A stretch of DNA of 64,000 nt from Nannocystis bainbridge. GTDB taxonomy: Bacteria > Myxococcota_A > Polyangia > Nannocystales > Nannocystaceae. The stretch lies in assembly GCF_028368995.1 (NCBI RefSeq), contig NZ_JAQNDL010000005.1, forward strand, positions 384,001 through 448,000. The letters run 5' to 3'. The notes beneath the pieces are model-generated. The model was not told where the DNA came from. It ran no database searches and was given only the letters and a program-made list of their open reading frames with translations. Both the position numbers and the translations under genes were made by a program. Below are positions 29,140 through 39,443 of the stretch, piece after piece; position 1 is the first letter of the stretch; every line of letters begins with the position of its first letter.

Positions 29140-30558
29140 ATGACGATGCCCCGACTCATCCTCTCCTCGACCCTGCTGACCTTCGTCGCCGCGTGTCCTG
29201 CCGACCCGGCGAGCACGACCGCCGACCCCTCCACGTCGGACTCGTCCTCCGACGCGACCTCGACCGACGGATCCGACGCGACCTCCGAGGCCCCCACCTC
29301 GACCGGCGACGCATCGACCACCGAGGACGACCCGACGACCAGCACGACTGGCACGACCGACTCGACCGGCGACACGAGCAACACCGGCATGCCCGCCGGC
29401 GGCTGCGGCGACGGCGTGCTCGACGACGGCGAGGCCTGCGACGACGGCAACGACGCCGCCGAGGACGGCTGCGAGGCGTGCCAGCCGGTCGCGCACGTCG
29501 ACTGGACCGTCCAGCTCCCCGGCGACGCCGGCGGCCATGACCGCGCCCGCGACGTCGCCATCACCCCCGATGGCACGATCCTCGTCGTCGGCTACCAGGA
29601 CGGCACGGCCGGCGTCCGCCGCCCGCTGATCGTCGCTCTCGCGCCCGACGGCAGCGTGCTGTGGAAATACGTGCACCCGAGCGAGCACGACTACGGCGGC
29701 TACGAATCGATCGCGCTCGCCGAAGACGGCACGTACTACGTCGCCGGCTACCTCACGATCGATCCGGGCAACGCGACCTCCGCGGCGCTCCACAAGTTCT
29801 CGGCCGACCATGCGCTCGAGTGGGTCCACGAGCAGCCGGCGCCCACCAACAGCAACGCCTTCGCGCAGGGCGTCGCGCTCGCGGACGACGCCGTCTATAC
29901 CGCTGGCGCCGAGAACGGCGCGCCGATGCAGATGTTCGTCCGCCGCCATGACCTCGCCACCGGCGCGACGACGTGGGCGTGGAACGGCTCCGACCCCGAA
30001 GCCTCGGCGCGCGCGAACGGCCTCGCCGTCGCCGGCGACCGCCTGGTCGTCGTCGGCTCCTGGGTCATCGATGGCGAGGACCATCCGCTCGCCGCGGCCC
30101 TCGATTCGCAGGGCAACTTGATCACCCACGTCACCACCAACCTGAAAGGCGAGCTCACCGACGTCGAGGCGATCGGCGACGAGGTCGTGATCTCCGGCTG
30201 GCACGTCCCGCTCGACAGCTCGCCGCTGCTGTGGCGCTCCGACCTCGACCTCAACTCCGTCTGGAAGGAATTTCCCGAGACCGACGGTCAGCTCCACGGC
30301 GTCGCCGCCGATCCGTCGCGCGGGCTGATCGTCGCCGGCCTGGTCGGACACCCCGACTACGACGCCGACATCCACGTCGGGCTCCACGGCGACGCCGGCA
30401 ACCAGCTATGGTCGAGCGTCGCCACCGGCATGACGCCGGACGGGGACGACCGCGGCGAAGACGTCGCCTTCGGCCCCCACTCGTTCGTCGCCGTCGGCGG
30501 CGTGGGCGGCCCGGACGGCACCTACGACCTGTGGATCCGCCGCGTCCTGTTCGGCTGA
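29140..30558 (+). CDS. Lipoprotein with Cys-rich repeat (DUF4215-like) and beta-propeller
   Basis: Lipobox FVAAC; S/T/D-rich linker; [16 protein letters not shown]; same architecture as 8434-9807. Confidence 0.85.
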   Translation: MTMPRLILSSTLLTFVAACPADPASTTADPSTSDSSSDATSTDGSDATSEAPTSTGDASTTEDDPTTSTTGTTDSTGDTSNTGMPAGGCGDGVLDDGEACDDGNDAAEDGCEACQPVAHVDWTVQLPGDAGGHDRARDVAITPDGTILVVGYQDGTAGVRRPLIVALAPDGSVLWKYVHPSEHDYGGYESIALAEDGTYYVAGYLTIDPGNATSAALHKFSADHALEWVHEQPAPTNSNAFAQGVALADDAVYTAGAENGAPMQMFVRRHDLATGATTWAWNGSDPEASARANGLAVAGDRLVVVGSWVIDGEDHPLAAALDSQGNLITHVTTNLKGELTDVEAIGDEVVISGWHVPLDSSPLLWRSDLDLNSVWKEFPETDGQLHGVAADPSRGLIVAGLVGHPDYDADIHVGLHGDAGNQLWSSVATGMTPDGDDRGEDVAFGPHSFVAVGGVGGPDGTYDLWIRRVLFG

Positions 30559-30629
30559 TTCTCGATCGACGAGCGCGACACGCGTCGCAGCGGTCGAAGC
30601 CCGTGTTGCCGTGTCCCGTGTCGCTCTCG

Positions 30630-31118
30630 TCAGGGCGCGGTCCGGGGCGCCCGCGCGCGAGGGATGCTCCGAAGCCAGGCCTGGACCTGCTTACGATACT
30701 GGCGTTCGATCTCGAAGCTCAGCACCTCACCGTGGGTCTCGGTGACCACCGTGAGGATGCTGGTGAAGAAGCTGAGCGACGCGGACTCGATATCCCCCAC
30801 CGCGACGCTCACCGATCCCGCGACGGCGCGCACCTGCTCCTCGGGCCGAAGCGGCTGAACCTGGGCGAGCATTCGTGCCCCTTCGGCGGCCGTGTCGATC
30901 ACGTCGCGCGAATGCTCCGCGAGATCGAGGAGCGCGCCCATGAGCCCGCCACCTCCGCCGGCCTGCTGATGGGTCTCCCAGCCCTGCACGAAATAGAGGC
31001 AGTCCATCGCGAGGATGAGCCGGCCGTGGTCGGCTCGGCGCTCTCGCGGATCGAGGCTCGCCAGCCTGCGGGTGACGCTCTCGAGGACAAAAGGCCGGAC
31101 CGCGTAACCATGAACCAT
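30630..31118 (-). CDS. Hypothetical protein
   Basis: 162 aa helical-looking ORF; no motif recognised. Confidence 0.5.
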   Translation of the reverse strand: MVHGYAVRPFVLESVTRRLASLDPRERRADHGRLILAMDCLYFVQGWETHQQAGGGGGLMGALLDLAEHSRDVIDTAAEGARMLAQVQPLRPEEQVRAVAGSVSVAVGDIESASLSFFTSILTVVTETHGEVLSFEIERQYRKQVQAWLRSIPRARAPRTAP

Positions 31119-31612
31119 TCGCGCGCGAGCGTATCACGCAGGAGCATCGCCGTGGCCGTCGTGGCCGAGGTCCGCGCTGACGAAGGCGATACCCGCTCGA
31201 ATCGCGAATCGCGGCAGCGGATATGCTCGTAGTCGGTTTAATCAAGCATCGCCGCCTCATGCTTCTCGGGGAGCGCGGTGTGCCGGTTCGCTCCTGCCGC
31301 GAGCGCTTCGCAGGACCGCCTACTGCGTCACCAGCGCGAAGCGGACAGGCACCGAGGAGCTCACGTCTGACGGACCTGCAAGCACGTGTCCCACCACGGA
31401 GCGGACCATGCGAAGCCTGGCGCGTTACGCTCCGACCCGTACGCAGCCAGCACCATGCGTCAGAGGCGTTGGCGACCGCGACGACGCGGCCGCCCCTCCT
31501 CGGATTTAGCGCACGACGGGGCCGCATCGGACCGTCTTGACCGTCCATTTTATTGAACTAACGTTCCGTACAGTGGATCGCGCGACCGCGGTCCCCTTGT
31601 CCACGAGGTCTC

Positions 31613-32710
31613 ATGAGCATCGACTCTTTGTTCCGGCCGCTGCAGGTCCGTTCGCTGCGCCTGCCCAACCGCATCGTCATGGCCCCCATGACTCGCTCCT
31701 TCTCGCCGGGTGGCATCCCGACGGCCGAAGTCGCCGCGTACTACCGCCGGCGCGCGCAGGGCGAGGTCGGGCTCATCGTCACGGAGGGCACGGTGGTCGA
31801 GCGTCCGGCGGCGCGCAACGACGCCAACGTGCCGGTGTTCCACGGCGACGCCCTGCCGCAGTGGAAGCGCGTGGCCGACGAGGTGCACGCCGCGGGCGGG
31901 AGGATCGCGCCGCAGTTGTGGCACGTCGGGTCGTCGCGCGGCACAGGGGCCGACTGGCGGCCGCTCGGTCGCGTCGACAGCCCGTCGGGGCTGGTCACGC
32001 CGGGCAAGCGGGCGCTCGAGCCGATGACCGAGGAGGACATCGCCGACACGATCGCGGCGTTCGGTCGCTCGGCCCGGGCGGCCCGCGAGCTCGGCTTCGA
32101 CGCGGTCGAGATCCACGGAGCGCACGGTTACCTGATCGATCAGTTCTTCTGGGGCGGCCTCAACGAGCGCACCGATCGCTGGGGCGGCGCGACCATCGGC
32201 GAGCGCGCGGCGTTCGGCGCGGAGGTGGTTCGGGCGGTGCGCGCCGGCGTCGGCGAGGACATCCCGGTGATCCTCCGGCTGTCGCAGTGGAAGGCCCAGG
32301 ACTTCGAGGTGAAGAACGCCGCGAACCCGCGCGAGCTCGAAGCGTGGTTGACGCCGCTGTCCGAGGCCGGGGTCGACGTGTTCCATTGCTCGCAGCGGCG
32401 GTTCTGGGAGCCGGAGTTCGCCGACTCGGAGCTCAACTTCGCCGGCTGGGCCAAGAAGGTCACGGGCAAGCCGACGATCACCGTCGGCTCGGTCGGGCTC
32501 GACGGCGAGTTCATCGCCGCGTTCGGCGGCGCGTCGTCGCGGCCGGCGTCCCTCGACGGATTGGTCCGCCGGCTCGAGGCCGAGGAGTTCGACCTCGTCG
32601 CCGTCGGCCGCGCGCTGCTGGCCGATCCGCAGTGGGTCCCGAAGATCCGCGAAGGCCGCCACGACGAGCTCGGCGTATTCGAGCGCTCGGCCCTGGCGAC
32701 GCTGTCCTGA
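31613..32710 (+). CDS. NADH:flavin oxidoreductase (Old Yellow Enzyme family)
   Basis: NRIVMAPMTR; QLWHVG; GFDAVEIHGAHGYL; VGRALLADP; GAGG RBS. Confidence 0.95.
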   Translation: MSIDSLFRPLQVRSLRLPNRIVMAPMTRSFSPGGIPTAEVAAYYRRRAQGEVGLIVTEGTVVERPAARNDANVPVFHGDALPQWKRVADEVHAAGGRIAPQLWHVGSSRGTGADWRPLGRVDSPSGLVTPGKRALEPMTEEDIADTIAAFGRSARAARELGFDAVEIHGAHGYLIDQFFWGGLNERTDRWGGATIGERAAFGAEVVRAVRAGVGEDIPVILRLSQWKAQDFEVKNAANPRELEAWLTPLSEAGVDVFHCSQRRFWEPEFADSELNFAGWAKKVTGKPTITVGSVGLDGEFIAAFGGASSRPASLDGLVRRLEAEEFDLVAVGRALLADPQWVPKIREGRHDELGVFERSALATLS

Positions 32711-32740
32711 AATTGGGGCGAGCCGCAGCGCGGCCACGAC

Positions 32741-33871
32741 TCATGCTCGCAGTTGGACCGCGGCCTCGCCCAGCACCTGGCCGTTGATGCGGAGGTCCAC
32801 GATGTGCGCGCCGGGATAATAACGGCGCGTCGTCACCGGCTTGAACGAGTGGCGGCGCTCCAGCGCGCGCTCCTCTCGTGGGCCGAGCTCGATCGCCCAG
32901 CCCTTGAACACCTTGGGCGAGGTGCTGCCATTGGCCTTCACGTGGTGCACGGCATAGTCGATCACGAGGCGCTGGGGCTTGGCCGCGGTCGAGCGCAGCA
33001 CCAGGCGCAGCGTGATCTCACCGCCGATGGCGACCCGGGTCGGGGTCACGCTCCACTCCGCCTCGCCGCGAAACGCCTGCCCCAGGCCCCAGGCGGCCAG
33101 CACCGCCGGATCTCCCTGCTTGATCAGCGTGCGGCTGGCGTGTCGCAGCAGCGCGCGACGCTCGGGCGACGCACCCGGCAAGTGGCGCCCCAGCCACTCG
33201 GCCACGAGCGCGGGGTGGTCCTTGGCGATGTCGTTCAGGTGATTGGCGACGCTGCGCCGCACGTACTCGCTGGGGTCGTCCTGCAGCGCGGCGAGCCACG
33301 GCAGCGTCGGCGTGGGGTCGAGCACCAGCGCTTGCAGCCGCAGGCCCCAGGGCAGGCGCGGACGGCTGCCCTCGCTGACCAGCCGTCGCACGTGCGCGCT
33401 CGGGTCCCTGACCCAGCCCGCGAGGGTCGCGTAGGACACCGCGGGGTGGCGCACGAGGAACGGCCGGATCGCAAACTCGGCGGTCAATCGCTGCGTCATC
33501 GCGTGGAGCGCCGCCAGACCACGCTCGGGCGTATCGATCGCCAGGCGGGCGATCGCCTCGGACAAGGGCCACACCGCCCAGCCGGCCAGGCCGCGCTCGC
33601 TGGTCCGTAGCGCGCTCAGGTCGTCACCCGCGCCCGGCGGCCCGAGGCTAGCCTCCAGCAGCCCGGCCGCGCGGTCGACGTCGGCCGGCAGCGTGGCCAC
33701 CAGAGCATCGGCCAATTGCAGCACGCGGGCCTTGAGCTCCAGCGTGTCCAGGCGCGCCAGCGCCCGGGCCGCGAAACCACGGCGATCGAAGCCTGGATCG
33801 ACGCGCGTCAGGTGGTGGCCGATGGCCTGCACGACTTCGGCGTTGATCAGGTTCTTGAACGGCTCGGCCAT
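32741..33871 (-). CDS. DNA alkylation repair protein (HEAT-repeat, AlkC/AlkD-like) with C-terminal Ig-like domain
   Basis: MAEPFKN; TAEFAIRPF; HVRRLVSEGSRPRLPW; YVRRSVANHLNDIAKDHP; TTRRYYPG. Confidence 0.9.
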   Translation of the reverse strand: MAEPFKNLINAEVVQAIGHHLTRVDPGFDRRGFAARALARLDTLELKARVLQLADALVATLPADVDRAAGLLEASLGPPGAGDDLSALRTSERGLAGWAVWPLSEAIARLAIDTPERGLAALHAMTQRLTAEFAIRPFLVRHPAVSYATLAGWVRDPSAHVRRLVSEGSRPRLPWGLRLQALVLDPTPTLPWLAALQDDPSEYVRRSVANHLNDIAKDHPALVAEWLGRHLPGASPERRALLRHASRTLIKQGDPAVLAAWGLGQAFRGEAEWSVTPTRVAIGGEITLRLVLRSTAAKPQRLVIDYAVHHVKANGSTSPKVFKGWAIELGPREERALERRHSFKPVTTRRYYPGAHIVDLRINGQVLGEAAVQLRA

Positions 33872-34125
33872 GGCGCGGCAGCATAAGCCGACTCGGGATG
33901 GTTTCGCGCCTCCTCGGTGGCGCGGCTCGGGGCGCGCGGCGAGCGGCATTCGCGGTCGCTGCCGCGAAGCCCGGCGGCACGGCCCCGTCGTCGCAGGCGA
34001 GCGCATCGTGTTCGCAGAACGACGCACGTCGATGCAGCGCCGCGTGCACACGCTGCTCGGCCTCGACCTTTGGCGGCTCGCGGCCCGCCGTCAGATGGCC
34101 CGCCCGCGCGTGCTAGACGCAGCGC

Positions 34126-34980
34126 ATGAAGATCGCCATCCTCGGTCCCGGAGGGATCGGCAGCACCTTCGCCTTCCAGCTCGCGCGCGCCGGCCACGAC
34201 GTCACCGTCATCGCCCGCGGCGCTCGCCTCGCGCACCTCGAGCGCGAGGGAGCGATCCGCAAGAACACGGGAGAGCGCGCCGTCGTCGACGTCCAGGCTG
34301 CCCTCGATCCCGAGACCGCGTGGGACCTGGTGCTCGTCTCGGTGCTCGCCTCGCAGGTCGACGCCGTGCTGCCGGCCCTCGCCGCCAGCGCCGCGCGCAC
34401 GATCCTCTTCATGTTCAACACGTTCGAGCCGCTCGATCGCCTGCGCGACGCCGTCGGGCGCGAGCGCGCAGCCTTCGGCTTCCCGGCGATCCTCGCCTGG
34501 CTCGACGACGGCGTGTTGACGACCAGCATCGTCACCCGCGGCCCGTTGCTCACCCCCGTCTCCGATCCCGCCTGGGCCCCGGTCTTCACCGCCGCCGGCA
34601 TCCCCACCGTCGTCGAGCCCGACATGCAGAGCTGGCTGCGCACCCACGCCGCCTTCGTCGTGCCCGGGATGATCGCCAGCATCCGCGCTTACGACCGCCG
34701 CGCCGGCCTGTCCTGGACCGAGGCGAAGCAGCTCGCTCGCGCCTCCGACGAGGGCTTCCGCCTGGTGCGCCGGCTCGGCGACGCCATCGTGCCCGCCGCG
34801 ATGGTCACCTACGGCCGCCTGCCCACCGTCGCCACCACGGCCATCCTGTGGGCGATGAGCCGGGTCCCGTCGATCCGCCGCACCGGCGCCGCCGGCCCCG
34901 GCGAGTCGCGCACGCTGATCGACATGATGACCGCCGCGGCCCCGGGCGACACGCAGACCCTGCTCGCCGTGCGCCCGTGA
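34126..34980 (+). CDS. Ketopantoate reductase family protein
   Basis: MKIAILGPGGIG..GHDVTVIARG; FMFN; SWLRTHAA. Confidence 0.82.
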   Translation: MKIAILGPGGIGSTFAFQLARAGHDVTVIARGARLAHLEREGAIRKNTGERAVVDVQAALDPETAWDLVLVSVLASQVDAVLPALAASAARTILFMFNTFEPLDRLRDAVGRERAAFGFPAILAWLDDGVLTTSIVTRGPLLTPVSDPAWAPVFTAAGIPTVVEPDMQSWLRTHAAFVVPGMIASIRAYDRRAGLSWTEAKQLARASDEGFRLVRRLGDAIVPAAMVTYGRLPTVATTAILWAMSRVPSIRRTGAAGPGESRTLIDMMTAAAPGDTQTLLAVRP

Positions 34981-35026
34981 TCGACGGCCGCCGCGAGCGC
35001 GCGACGGCTTCAGCTCCACCCCGGGC

Positions 35027-35092
35027 GAGCACGCCGCCGGCCTCGTCTACCGCGACCTGCATGCCGGCAACGTCCTGATCGACTTCGACCAG
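35027..35092 (+). pseudogene. Ser/Thr protein kinase catalytic-loop remnant
   Basis: Reads EHAAGLVYRDLHAGNVLIDFD; the rest of the kinase domain is absent. Confidence 0.55.
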
Positions 35093-35424
35093 GCGGCTCT
35101 GCTCGTGGTGGCGATCACCATCGCCGCGGCGGTGATGATCCGGCTCACGGTTGCGTCGCGACGAACGTTCGTTCGCCCCGACGATCGAAAGCAAAGAATT
35201 AAAGCCCATGGCCTCCCCATTGGGCGAAGCGACGTCGCCCCACGGTGCATCCACGCCTGCGCTTGACGTTGCCCCGGTCGTGGAGCATCCAACCGCCGCG
35301 AAATCCGAACGTCCCGTCCGACTCGCCGCCCGCGCGGTGTATCCGCGACGCACTCGCCAGCCACCACATCCATACCGAGACCCCCAGCCGCCTCGTCTTC
35401 TTTGGTGCTACGTAAGAGCCGGCC

Positions 35425-36312
35425 ATGCTGATGCGCCTCACGCTCGCCCTGAAGATGCTCGCGCCGCCCTCACAGGAGGCCGCCGACGCGGCCTTCAACA
35501 CCGGAGATTTCCGCGAGGCGCTCGACCTTTTCCTCGAGCGGGCCGCCGACTCGAGCGTCCACCGCCCGGACGCACTTCACGGTGCGCACGACAGCCTGAT
35601 CGCCCTGCACGGAGCGACCGGCGAGGGCGAGCACCTCTGCCACGCTCTCGAGCTGACCCGCGCGCTGTTGGCGAGCGGGCCGTTCGCGGACGCCGAGGAG
35701 CGCGCGGCATGGGCAGAGATCGAGGCCCGGGACCTCGACAGGGTCAAGCGGGCAGGTGTCACCTGTGCCGCCGCGACGTCGGATACGGCGCGCGTCGGAA
35801 CCTCTGTCGCAACGGCAGATTCCCCTGCCAGCGAGTCCCTCGTCGGGTCACTCGCCGCAACGATCCAGCCGCCAGGGCCGCGGGCGGGTGAACCGGACCT
35901 CGATGCGCTGCTGCCGGTGACGGGGCGCCCCCCTGCAACCCGGTCGACCACGCCGCGGCGGGGCCGCGAGCTGATGATCGCCGGAGGCGTGACGCTCGGC
36001 GTCGGTCTCGGTCTCGCCACCGCCGCCGGCGTCCTGGGCGGCCGTATGCTCGACACCTGGCGTGAAGCCGACGCCCTGTATGAAGCGTATGGCCCCGTTG
36101 GTCCCGGCGCGGTGGCCGACCAGAGCGCCGCTCTCGCCCGTGACTATCATCGGCTGCAGGCGCCGATGCTCGCGACCGCTGTCATCGGCGGGAGCGCCCT
36201 CGTCGTCGGTGCCGTGCTGACGGGCGTCGGTGCAAAGCGCCTCTCGCGTGCCACGTCCTACGCCGCTCTCCTGCCCGCGCCCGGGGGCCTCGTCCTCCAC
36301 ACTCGCTTCTGA
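35425..36312 (+). CDS. Hypothetical membrane protein
   Basis: TPR-like N-terminus and two Gly-rich TM segments, ends GGLVLHTRF. Confidence 0.65.
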   Translation: MLMRLTLALKMLAPPSQEAADAAFNTGDFREALDLFLERAADSSVHRPDALHGAHDSLIALHGATGEGEHLCHALELTRALLASGPFADAEERAAWAEIEARDLDRVKRAGVTCAAATSDTARVGTSVATADSPASESLVGSLAATIQPPGPRAGEPDLDALLPVTGRPPATRSTTPRRGRELMIAGGVTLGVGLGLATAAGVLGGRMLDTWREADALYEAYGPVGPGAVADQSAALARDYHRLQAPMLATAVIGGSALVVGAVLTGVGAKRLSRATSYAALLPAPGGLVLHTRF

Positions 36313-36332
36313 CGTGCTCTGCCGAGGCCCCG

Positions 36333-37946
36333 ATGTCCACGCTCTCCCGCTTCCTGACGCTGCTCGCCCCGTTCTGCCTCGCTGGTTGCCCGATCCCGGA
36401 GGTCGCGCACTGCGCCGACTACGACCTGTGCCCTACTTCGTCCGGCGCGGCCGCCGCGAGCACCGGCGGCGATCCGATGCTGCCCACCGGCGAGGTCCTG
36501 ACCGTCACCAGCGCCGGCGAGGTGACGACCACGAGCACGACCACGGCAGCGCCCGGCACGACGGGCCAGCCCGCGGTGCCGGCCGTGGTGTCGGTGATGT
36601 TCACGCCCGATCCGCTCGAGCAGGTCGGGATCATCGAAGTCGAGGTCGTCGCCGAGGACGCGGACCACGTCCGCATGGACCGCCCCGGCTTCGAGTCGCT
36701 CGAGCTGTCCAAGGGGCCAGACGAGCGCTTCCACGGCGCGATCGAGATCCTCAGCGGCCTGTCCAATGGGACACATGAGGCGAGCTTCGTGCCGCGGCAG
36801 GAAGGAGTCGAGGGCGCGACCGAGATCGGCTACTACACCGTGGCGCTCCCGGAGGCCGGCTCCGAGGTGCTGTGGGACGTGATCCCGGACGACGGCCTCG
36901 GCCAGGTCGACGCGCTCGCCGTCCTCGGTGACGAGGCCATCGTCGGCCTCGGCACGCTGTACGACGGCGACACCCCGCGCTGCTACGTGCACCGCCGCGA
37001 CCTCGACGGCAGCTACAGCGGCGCCGACGTGCAGGTGTTGTTCCCGGAGTATCCCTGCACCGCGGTCGACCTCGAGACCGACGGGGAGACGATCGACCTG
37101 CTCGTCACGGTGACGGGCGGCGACGGGCCGCGCTGGCGCGTGGCGACGATGGCGTGGGGGCAGGCGCCAACCGTCCTCCGCACGGGCGAGAAAGACGAGG
37201 TCGCCCACGCGCTCGCCCGCGACGGAAACGGTAAGCGGGCCGTCTGCGGCACGGCCCCGTCGCCGGGGCTGATGGACACGATCGACGGGCGGGTCTGGAC
37301 GCTCAACGGGCCGACGAGTGAGCTCGACTACCAGCCGAAGGTAGTCGAGCACCAGTTCGACGAGAACGTGATGGACTGCAAGTTCAGCGGCGACCAACTT
37401 GTCCTCGTCGGCGAGGTGTATGGGAAGCACGAGAACAGCGGGCTCGATCCGAAGCGCAAGCGGCCGTTCTTGCTCGAGCTTGACGACCAAGGCGAGGCGC
37501 ACTGGACCGTGCCGGGGCTCGGACCCGGCAACACGACACAGGGAGGTGCGAGCACGCTGGCGATCGACGATCAGGGCCGCGCCGTCGTCGGGCTCTACAC
37601 CTGCGAGGACATGTGTGACCGGGAGCCGGAGCTGTGGATCTACGAGCCCGGTGGCGACCTCGCGTTTCCGCCAGTGACGCTCCCCGCGGAGGTCTCGGTT
37701 CCGTTCGGCCTGACGTGGAGCCCGGCGGGGTACGCCGTCATCGCCGGGGCCCTCGGCACCGGCAACACGACGCAGTTTCTCATGCAGGGCTACGTGCCCG
37801 GCGCCTACGCGCCCGCGTGGACCTTCGCGAAGGGCAAGCAAGCCGGCCTGCACATCGCGTTCGCGGTCGTGGCCGCCCCGGGCGTCGTGGTCGGCGCCGG
37901 AACTGGCGCGGGCGGGTATCCGGCGTTCGCGTTCGTCAACCCCTGA
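36333..37946 (+). CDS. Lipoprotein with beta-propeller-like repeats
   Basis: Lipobox LAGC; Thr-rich linker; repeated beta blades. Confidence 0.75.
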   Translation: MSTLSRFLTLLAPFCLAGCPIPEVAHCADYDLCPTSSGAAAASTGGDPMLPTGEVLTVTSAGEVTTTSTTTAAPGTTGQPAVPAVVSVMFTPDPLEQVGIIEVEVVAEDADHVRMDRPGFESLELSKGPDERFHGAIEILSGLSNGTHEASFVPRQEGVEGATEIGYYTVALPEAGSEVLWDVIPDDGLGQVDALAVLGDEAIVGLGTLYDGDTPRCYVHRRDLDGSYSGADVQVLFPEYPCTAVDLETDGETIDLLVTVTGGDGPRWRVATMAWGQAPTVLRTGEKDEVAHALARDGNGKRAVCGTAPSPGLMDTIDGRVWTLNGPTSELDYQPKVVEHQFDENVMDCKFSGDQLVLVGEVYGKHENSGLDPKRKRPFLLELDDQGEAHWTVPGLGPGNTTQGGASTLAIDDQGRAVVGLYTCEDMCDREPELWIYEPGGDLAFPPVTLPAEVSVPFGLTWSPAGYAVIAGALGTGNTTQFLMQGYVPGAYAPAWTFAKGKQAGLHIAFAVVAAPGVVVGAGTGAGGYPAFAFVNP

Positions 37947-37976
37947 GCGCGGCGACGATCGCCCGCAGTCGGGCTC

Positions 37977-39050
37977 CTACTGCGGGATGAACTTCGAGCA
38001 GGCGGCCTCGACGAGGTCGGTCGCCTCGTCGAACCCCGGCCCATAGTCCGGCTCATCCGCCCGAATGAAGTGTGTGTAGGGGAACAGGCTCACGAACTGA
38101 CAGACCCGGTCATACGCGAGGCACTTCTCGCCGTCCTGCACGCCGCCGATGCTGAACATGACCACGGACTCCTCGTCGTCCTTGGCGTCCACGATCGCCT
38201 GCGCCCAGTCGGCGGGTGTGCCCTCCGAGTCGTAGTCGGCGGTCCACGAGACGAGCGTGGCGACGAGCAGCGCGTCATCACGAAGAAAGTCCTCGTTGCA
38301 GCCGCCGGGGTCGTTCAGCTCCGGGCTCACCGCGTGGACCAGCGCCTCGCCGAGCAGGTCGCCGCCGTCCGTGCCGACCTTGGCGATGCAGGCGAAACTT
38401 TCGGACGGGCCAGGCGTGTCCCGCGTCAGGTAGCGGCGGCCGTCCGCGATCTCGCAGGGCTTGTTGGGGGTGAACGAGCCAGCGTTGAACACCGCGCCCG
38501 CGCCCCAGGTCGTGTCGCACTCGGCGAGCTTCCCGATCATCTCACACGGATAGGCATCGCCGGCTGGGCACTTCGCGGTGAAGGGGCCGGGACACTCCTC
38601 GTCACACTTCGGGAGGCCCCACAGCGGATCGCCCTTGACGACCATGATGTGGTAGTCGAAGTCGGCGAACTTGCTCTGGATCGTCTCGAGGAACTTCGGG
38701 ACCGCGTCGGCGAGCTGGGCCTGGACGGCGTCCATGTACTCGTGGCGCGAGATCATGAATAGGAAGTCGATCTTCCCCTTGCAGCCCTCGGGCTGGAGCG
38801 GACCGAGGTCGTCGCTGCTGCCAACATCGAGGATGAGCGTCGTCTCGCCGGTGCTCGCGCTACCACTGCCCGAGCCGGTCGACAGCTCGCCGCCCGTCGT
38901 CGAAGTCGAGCCGCCACTCGAGGAGCTGGTGCTCGGATCGGAGGTGGCCAGGTTCGGCGGCGCCGTGGTGAACGGCGTCGTGTCGGTCTGCGACGGCTGG
39001 CAGGCGAGCGCGAGACCGAGGGCGAGGACAGGCCGGGACCGTGGCCGCAT
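37977..39050 (-). CDS. Lipoprotein with vWA-like domain (Nannocystaceae-type family)
   Basis: Lipobox ALAC; S/T linker; GCKGKIDFLFMIS..DFDYHIMVV..FLRDDALLV. Confidence 0.8.
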   Translation of the reverse strand: MRPRSRPVLALGLALACQPSQTDTTPFTTAPPNLATSDPSTSSSSGGSTSTTGGELSTGSGSGSASTGETTLILDVGSSDDLGPLQPEGCKGKIDFLFMISRHEYMDAVQAQLADAVPKFLETIQSKFADFDYHIMVVKGDPLWGLPKCDEECPGPFTAKCPAGDAYPCEMIGKLAECDTTWGAGAVFNAGSFTPNKPCEIADGRRYLTRDTPGPSESFACIAKVGTDGGDLLGEALVHAVSPELNDPGGCNEDFLRDDALLVATLVSWTADYDSEGTPADWAQAIVDAKDDEESVVMFSIGGVQDGEKCLAYDRVCQFVSLFPYTHFIRADEPDYGPGFDEATDLVEAACSKFIPQ

Positions 39051-39443
39051 GCCCCAAAAGGTAGCCCATGGCGCGCGGAGCGTCCACGAACCGGCAACGC
39101 AGTTCCAACCACCAACATAATGGTCACTCCGGCTCAACTTGCGATACCAGCGCCCACCGATCCCTTGTCCCTCCGCGAGCAGGCCGTCCCAACGCTACCG
39201 GCCACCAGGTCCGCGCCAGTCCGAGCCCCTCAGCGACGCCCTCGCCCGCCCACGACAGACTCACCCATGCCTCGCGGGCGGCCTCACCTGGCGCTGGTGT
39301 TCGTCGGCGCCGTGTCGCAGGAGCGGCCGGACCTCTCGCGCGCTCTCGATGAGCGCCCGCACCACCGGCAGGCACGCGTCCTTCGCCCACCAGGTGACGA
39401 CGTCGGACAGCTTGAGATCGAGGTCGACGACCGAGCTCTCCGG

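Noticed and set aside
31553-31569. GAAC-N4-GTTC upstream of the OYE gene as a LexA box
   Set aside because: Matches the Gram-positive consensus but fits the myxobacterial one poorly; more likely an operator of an unidentified regulator
39261-39443. Minus-strand frame resembling a LysR C-terminal tail (VVTWWAKDACLPVVRALIESAREV)
   Set aside because: Too short and weak to call without a search
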